Of a stretch of 64,000 bases of DNA, positions 61,201 to 64,000 are shown piece by piece. The DNA comes from Paraphysomonas bandaiensis (Eukaryota > Protista > Chrysophyceae): assembly GCA_965644295.1 (NCBI GenBank), contig CBFFRP010000399.1, forward strand, positions 62,001 through 126,000, given 5' to 3'. The notes under the pieces were generated by a model. It did not search any database, was not told the origin of the DNA, and saw nothing but the letters and a program-made list of their open reading frames with translations. The first letter of the stretch is position 1. Each line of letters opens with the position of its first letter. The position numbers were made by a program, and so were the translations under genes.

Positions 61201-64000
61201 CTATATCTTTCGGAGAAACTGCAATTTCGTTACTCTCACTATACTTTATGAGAGGGGAGAAAGTATCCAGCGAATGGTTAAAATCTGTGTGCATCATATT
61301 CTCCTCAGCACCAATTGTAATATCCTGGTCAGCGGCGACTTGTAGTATAAAGTTATTTGTAGTGGGATCTCTATATACAGTTACAATACTTCGACACTTG
61401 GCATTTGGCGCATCTCTAAATCCAACCTGAGGCCTCATGACGAAGAGTTTTCTGTACACGACATTCCAAAGTGCCCTGTACTTCAACTGTATGCGTTTAA
61501 CAGGGTCACGAATATATGCCAACTTAGGGTTCAGAAACCTAACGCGTCGGGAAGAAGTTAAAGCGGTGGAGCTGGGGATAGACATTCCTGAAACTACAGA
61601 GAGAATAACCTCTCGCGTCATGTCTTGAATTTCCCTCGTGACAGCCTCAATTTCGGTTATAAATTTGGCAAAGTTCTCAATGACAGAGCTGTCGTTGTCT
61701 GCCATTCGTTTGCACACTTGTTCTTCCCTCAGCAGTTCTGTATGATTATCAATAACTTGTTGAGTATCTTTCACAGTGTTGTCAAACATTTCTTGATGTT
61801 GCTTCAATACAACTCTCAGCTTCCTGACGTTATTCAACCCGTACCACCTGTTGGCATCTTCTTTGGCCTCCCAAGCCTGCGACCAATCTTCCTGCTCGCA
61901 TCGTTCCTCGGCTTCAAATTTCTCGAGTGACGATTTACTGAATTTCATAACTTCTTTTACAGTCCGACTCGCCGCGTCATATTTCATGGCAGTGGTCACA
62001 TAAAGAGACCGGACATCTTCGTAGATCATATTCGCCTGCTCTAAATCTATTGTCCGGTGGAGATACACTTCATATTGCTTCTCTTCATACGCTTTTTGAG
62101 TGATATAGGCATACTCTGTCATTACAGGAAGAACAAGCTGTATCACCTGTTTTTGGTATCTGCTCCATATATAATCTTTCAAAGGTTCCCACGCCAGTAT
62201 TCCAGGTCCATCATTCGGGACAAATGTGTCCGCCAGGGCACTTGACTGTATCGTGATAGGGTTCTTCACCGTCGGTAGCCGATGAGGATCAAATGCAGAC
62301 GCTAGGGAAGGGGGCAAGGTTTTGTAAAGCATGCCATGTAGTAAGTTGTCGGAATACGACCTACGGAATCTCCCAAGAATTGAGAATTCAGCTGACGCCT
62401 CCAGAAGAGCACGCGATATATTGTCGCGAAGTGGATTGACCTCTATCAATGGTTTTATCGCACCAAATGACTCACCAAAGAGGGCGTTTACGTGATCAAT
62501 GGACCGCTTTCTGGTCTCTGTGTACGCCACCTCAATGTATCTTCGAAATTCTTCAGAGGTCAGGACTTTCGAAAATCGGGTGCTTGTAATAGGATCATAG
62601 CACTCAACTAGCCAAGATTCTGGCCCCTGCACCAAAATACATGTACAAGGAGCTCTATCATTGTAGTATGTATGAGTGTAATTGTTATACTTGCGGACTA
62701 TACACTCAGCTCGACAGGATCGGCAGAGGTTTAATGATTTCCTTAATCCGCGCGCTCGAGCAAAAATGGATACGACCATCGGAATACCTCCCAGGTTAGC
62801 AGACACTTTGAATTGAGGACGACCCTGATGTTTTACCTGGTTGCTCAGGCCAGTGGAAATGATGGAGGGTACGAGGCTTTTCACGAGGATGACGGATTGC
62901 TCTTCAGTGCACATTCGTTTGGCATGTGCTTCCCGCTTCGCCCTAGTAGCCTCCCACAGAAATCTGCGCACAATATGACCTCGCCCTACCCTCTGTACAT
63001 CAATAGCACAGACAATAGCTTTCTTCCTATTTTCCAAGTACTGCTCAGCTCGAATGATATCGAGATCGAGAACGGACCCACGAAATTTATTCGACTTGAT
63101 AAGTAATTCCTTGATGTAAGGGACATCGCATGACACATAATCTACTGATATAGCAGCGCGTAGCTTCTTCTGTAAATCTGCGCGCTCGTCGGCTTTTCTT
63201 CTAGCCTCATTCTCGAACCGTTCTTCACTTTCGAACTTCTTCATTGCGCGACCTTTCGTTTGTAGCCCAGCCCACTCTCCAATATCGCTACGACACCATT
63301 TATTGCGAACTCGGTGCGCAATAGGTGCACGCTTCTGTACAGTCGACAGAGTGGCTCCTTTATAAGTGTAAGAGGAAACAGTATCCACTGGAAGGCGACG
63401 GGGTTTGCCCCCCCCACCTTTAATAGCATTTGTCGTCTTACTGAATAGAGGTTTCGCTGTTTGCGAGGTGCGAGTGGAGGGTGCAGTGTCCAAAGCTGTT
63501 CTTCCGGTTTCAATACCAGCCCTAGTTGAGGGTAGAAGGGAGTCGTCACGGGACTTGTGTGCCTTCAAAAAATCTTGTTTCAACGATAGAGACTGTCCCA
63601 ACACAATCATGGCTCGTTGCAACCTTTCTTCAGGGAACGAATCTGTTCCAAACTCTATAGTTGACAATATGCCGCTTTTCTGATTCCTGCTGGCATCGCT
63701 GGTGTACCCGTATGTTGACATCAACGCAGAACTATCTGGAATTAGAGGGGGCATGTGCAGAGGTGGTTCCACAGTCTCCGTTTTCTTGCACGCGCGAGTC
63801 GACATGGCCGTTGCTTTGGAGTTAAAAGTGATCGCTGAAAACGTAGACACACCAGTCCCGACAGACATATCATCAGCAGCGTATTTTGTAGACAACTCCA
63901 TTGACTCCTGCATGTTTGACGATTCTACGGTGTTGCCCAGCGGCCCAAGCCCAACAATTTTTCGCTTTGCTGGTGGACCAAAGTAATCTGCATCAAGATT
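55283..64000 (-). CDS. Very large uncharacterised protein (>2,900 aa in one exon, 5' end outside the window) with an IQ calmodulin-binding motif and coiled coils
   Basis: The 2876-aa ORF frame stays open for a further 29 codons to position 64000. IQ motif AIDVQRVGRGHIVRR, plus several predicted coiled-coil segments. Confidence 0.8.
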   Translation of the reverse strand, partial: NLDADYFGPPAKRKIVGLGPLGNTVESSNMQESMELSTKYAADDMSVGTGVSTFSAITFNSKATAMSTRACKKTETVEPPLHMPPLIPDSSALMSTYGYTSDASRNQKSGILSTIEFGTDSFPEERLQRAMIVLGQSLSLKQDFLKAHKSRDDSLLPSTRAGIETGRTALDTAPSTRTSQTAKPLFSKTTNAIKGGGGKPRRLPVDTVSSYTYKGATLSTVQKRAPIAHRVRNKWCRSDIGEWAGLQTKGRAMKKFESEERFENEARRKADERADLQKKLRAAISVDYVSCDVPYIKELLIKSNKFRGSVLDLDIIRAEQYLENRKKAIVCAIDVQRVGRGHIVRRFLWEATRAKREAHAKRMCTEEQSVILVKSLVPSIISTGLSNQVKHQGRPQFKVSANLGGIPMVVSIFARARGLRKSLNLCRSCRAECIVRKYNNYTHTYYNDRAPCTCILVQGPESWLVECYDPITSTRFSKVLTSEEFRRYIEVAYTETRKRSIDHVNALFGESFGAIKPLIEVNPLRDNISRALLEASAEFSILGRFRRSYSDNLLHGMLYKTLPPSLASAFDPHRLPTVKNPITIQSSALADTFVPNDGPGILAWEPLKDYIWSRYQKQVIQLVLPVMTEYAYITQKAYEEKQYEVYLHRTIDLEQANMIYEDVRSLYVTTAMKYDAASRTVKEVMKFSKSSLEKFEAEERCEQEDWSQAWEAKEDANRWYGLNNVRKLRVVLKQHQEMFDNTVKDTQQVIDNHTELLREEQVCKRMADNDSSVIENFAKFITEIEAVTREIQDMTREVILSVVSGMSIPSSTALTSSRRVRFLNPKLAYIRDPVKRIQLKYRALWNVVYRKLFVMRPQVGFRDAPNAKCRSIVTVYRDPTTNNFILQVAADQDITIGAEENMMHTDFNHSLDTFSPLIKYSESNEIAVSPKDIELLFEKSHQWPAGRPLNPLVGGNSKVELSDVMSLPTFNVTTDKSLVSEGSLDSVARSKSMGSLPRLHFAPVQISSSQVISARADLPHISPRPRDDCTSVTSRGSTEIPLTGNLPSVSVLSYSSENRSRCTPSLGYFGRRELKKNEQKSLVERIVKYLRLHPHSQRPCLGLLHFKRRVSHFSRLVGSSLWLHDIEKSMPSSWVNEFCNHKMAVVSKRLLVAKMCDRWGDIVVKLRTPHRGKKYGGFEAEVVIPFTSIVKNMARSPIMLASLLCETITNRYSLDTVSHILRNIDLSLPGECDKWWRKSYVMENTPRIGFVENRDDLYRGPVYSSHRFVSSKYCFAQVFLSSYGDMKIHLQPPTNGLFYLQSLRPGFDVTAQISCDAIKAYLLKKMASESNIQAREMWIALFHPLNLCDLITTILDNIVVCNQVVLKNYKSFDTLDAEECDDDTSCASSSPSIVGRELMRLNTRGTVSSLVDDDNSVDIDCSDARHRMTNMTWRERLKVELWKTVKKFNKWIEIRGYRISPIDNSTLALAYTALRDLEVPPNWKLADNEAEKVSGSKSIFVYDGLWPARDPRRVVRKAIMIDDEYSQEASVSVDDVSVHSHGSDVSVMQESVFYEDSYWRVVVTTDEDKSVVDVNLHETSFTDPYAQTQVADIETRAMMTEDRNSRNAALLELEMAMLRDAAVIRHNAPTIPPKYISMIALAREQNEELKTRMRMTQTKILVAIDAFLDKAALCAFKISVDSLELKESDGRMKFIVDSSSAADMCGSRKSRKQPLSVFVNNWKPTCEIVTADSYSSDARAGKSNTIASSTEQWLKKIEDELFHADSFDVPSVLYQVSNVKVRAYPGISTTTPHGFDEEKHTSSLTVSKVREMKDCSENKSFFRDTQSWARIRPLRAWEMGPMEEVYPHFLQRAQRGTKPRAIRFEGHIFMASAPNVGPFDFSSLNLYNPNTRERFVVCFESHLKLPPIGGLGEKHMLVSASSSQQKLPSKPHDDEGVNGGGSDANDSDIEDPEDQLDTPEDEFQFRPRWDDPADVVLAKTCARRVVWRSLIHGITNAVVKSSEVLIDNAQVELEYQIAYECKQFFTNVLYMPEESKRREAKVKEQSQEGLPAALQSRLSLYKQFAPGTLHRNLSSMRMSTLSSTDETCLANVNLYAVYVPVDEDEQPTVFDSTASFAWQEQCFKKLGCDFSNPPIRISTFPALIYVAPSSAKEYFASGSELKDDAHHNLKLSGWIFEYIANVGWKKGLDFIRHKRKLSKERMKEGFSESPHIIGDCVVIFRFGEPDMKCFMEWCQRRYELRCELIESRRRREIAEHEMRLSNFAEWRRDVFSLAGKFWAPFSELFTEKSFPCSFVWPSYEYSNVIANIDPISGSHIRALLLKFSDLRDKYFHHTCACMRLLDEQYVFAAESRYMIYKNYSKSAFMSAEEYLKFEWDTLDDPGNIQPQPCHILYAIYTVHCSGCSYASSYCPIPGCGTVKSIANSINSDSHNISDYSQSRLKGSGKHPLELAVKKYLLEMSNFATTVVPCTVFRPRPVGSDTMSESGSTDHSNHDELALQSTLDWRKIEDEGRNFRYINRRVVHPSVTSYISAEEVLEAKGGHDDREESDIPYEVSSGLTFYLPPIGGVATDALASYSFHEDDASTVQDSISNLVSCASVKIPTELVRKMLGVVQVAGQLVYPKGVRQEMHDPCPTRKSQQSDEICDSMLPQNSMSGVMYQWLVGRLNIVRPTNNVNASISLAAGSDGAHPHSSVQLDEECNMLPSVSPENDDISLHFDRLQREVIISLRDGTTVVLQILQGVLSGYRRSCSAFSGCPDAARRYLPQNQLLSDLENGITVRVHDLVSDSSQVIFLEGRRLLLFAKTYDIPVEDFPGLANCIVKHAKELLTVQRLDGKCIQATLGISARTSYHAPPVGIKHPCDHKHVSKRYSRLSKNGNRVVAAKALLHTLSCDLDFEECASDGIC

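Noticed and set aside
1-64000. Alternative genetic code, stop readthrough, prokaryotic operons, and the many short antisense or overlapping ORFs
   Set aside because: Conserved genes (SF3B5, PHB2, OXCT1, RBKS) translate cleanly in the standard code once GT-AG introns are removed. The short ORFs are shadows of real exons or AT-rich noise.

Overview
Gene-dense eukaryotic nuclear DNA with the standard genetic code and mostly short (~42-65 nt) GT-AG introns. It is probably a stramenopile or ochrophyte protist (inferred from gene content such as the 9-TM cadherin). About 19 protein-coding genes could be reconstructed by hand-splicing. Recognisable genes are SF3B5, an SLC46-like MFS transporter, four consecutive mitochondrial genes (DnaJ, PHB2, ISCA2, SCOT/OXCT1), a truncated globin, ribokinase, a DUF707-like protein, a PX protein and a DUF4954-like protein. 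The most unusual items are: (i) a large gene fusing a Ulp1/CE-clan-like protease motif set to a DUF3638-type SF2-like ATPase; (ii) three divergent ~115-125 aa basic paralogues with a shared W-x6-[FV]-x3-FH-x2-R...[RK][IV]HP motif; (iii) an ~18 kb, ~5,700 aa cadherin/IPT/WSC/9-TM surface receptor with domains nested inside cadherin repeats; (iv) a predicted myristoylated MLKL/MCAfunc-like four-helix protein with an EF-hand-like domain; (v) a 1.67 kb (CATA)n tract bracketed by a 7-bp direct repeat, possibly a retroelement tail; (vi) an apparently exact 703-bp tandem duplication; and (vii) two decayed copies of a coding relic 46 kb apart. No rRNA, tRNA or CRISPR array was seen. All family assignments rest on motif recognition by eye, not on database searches.
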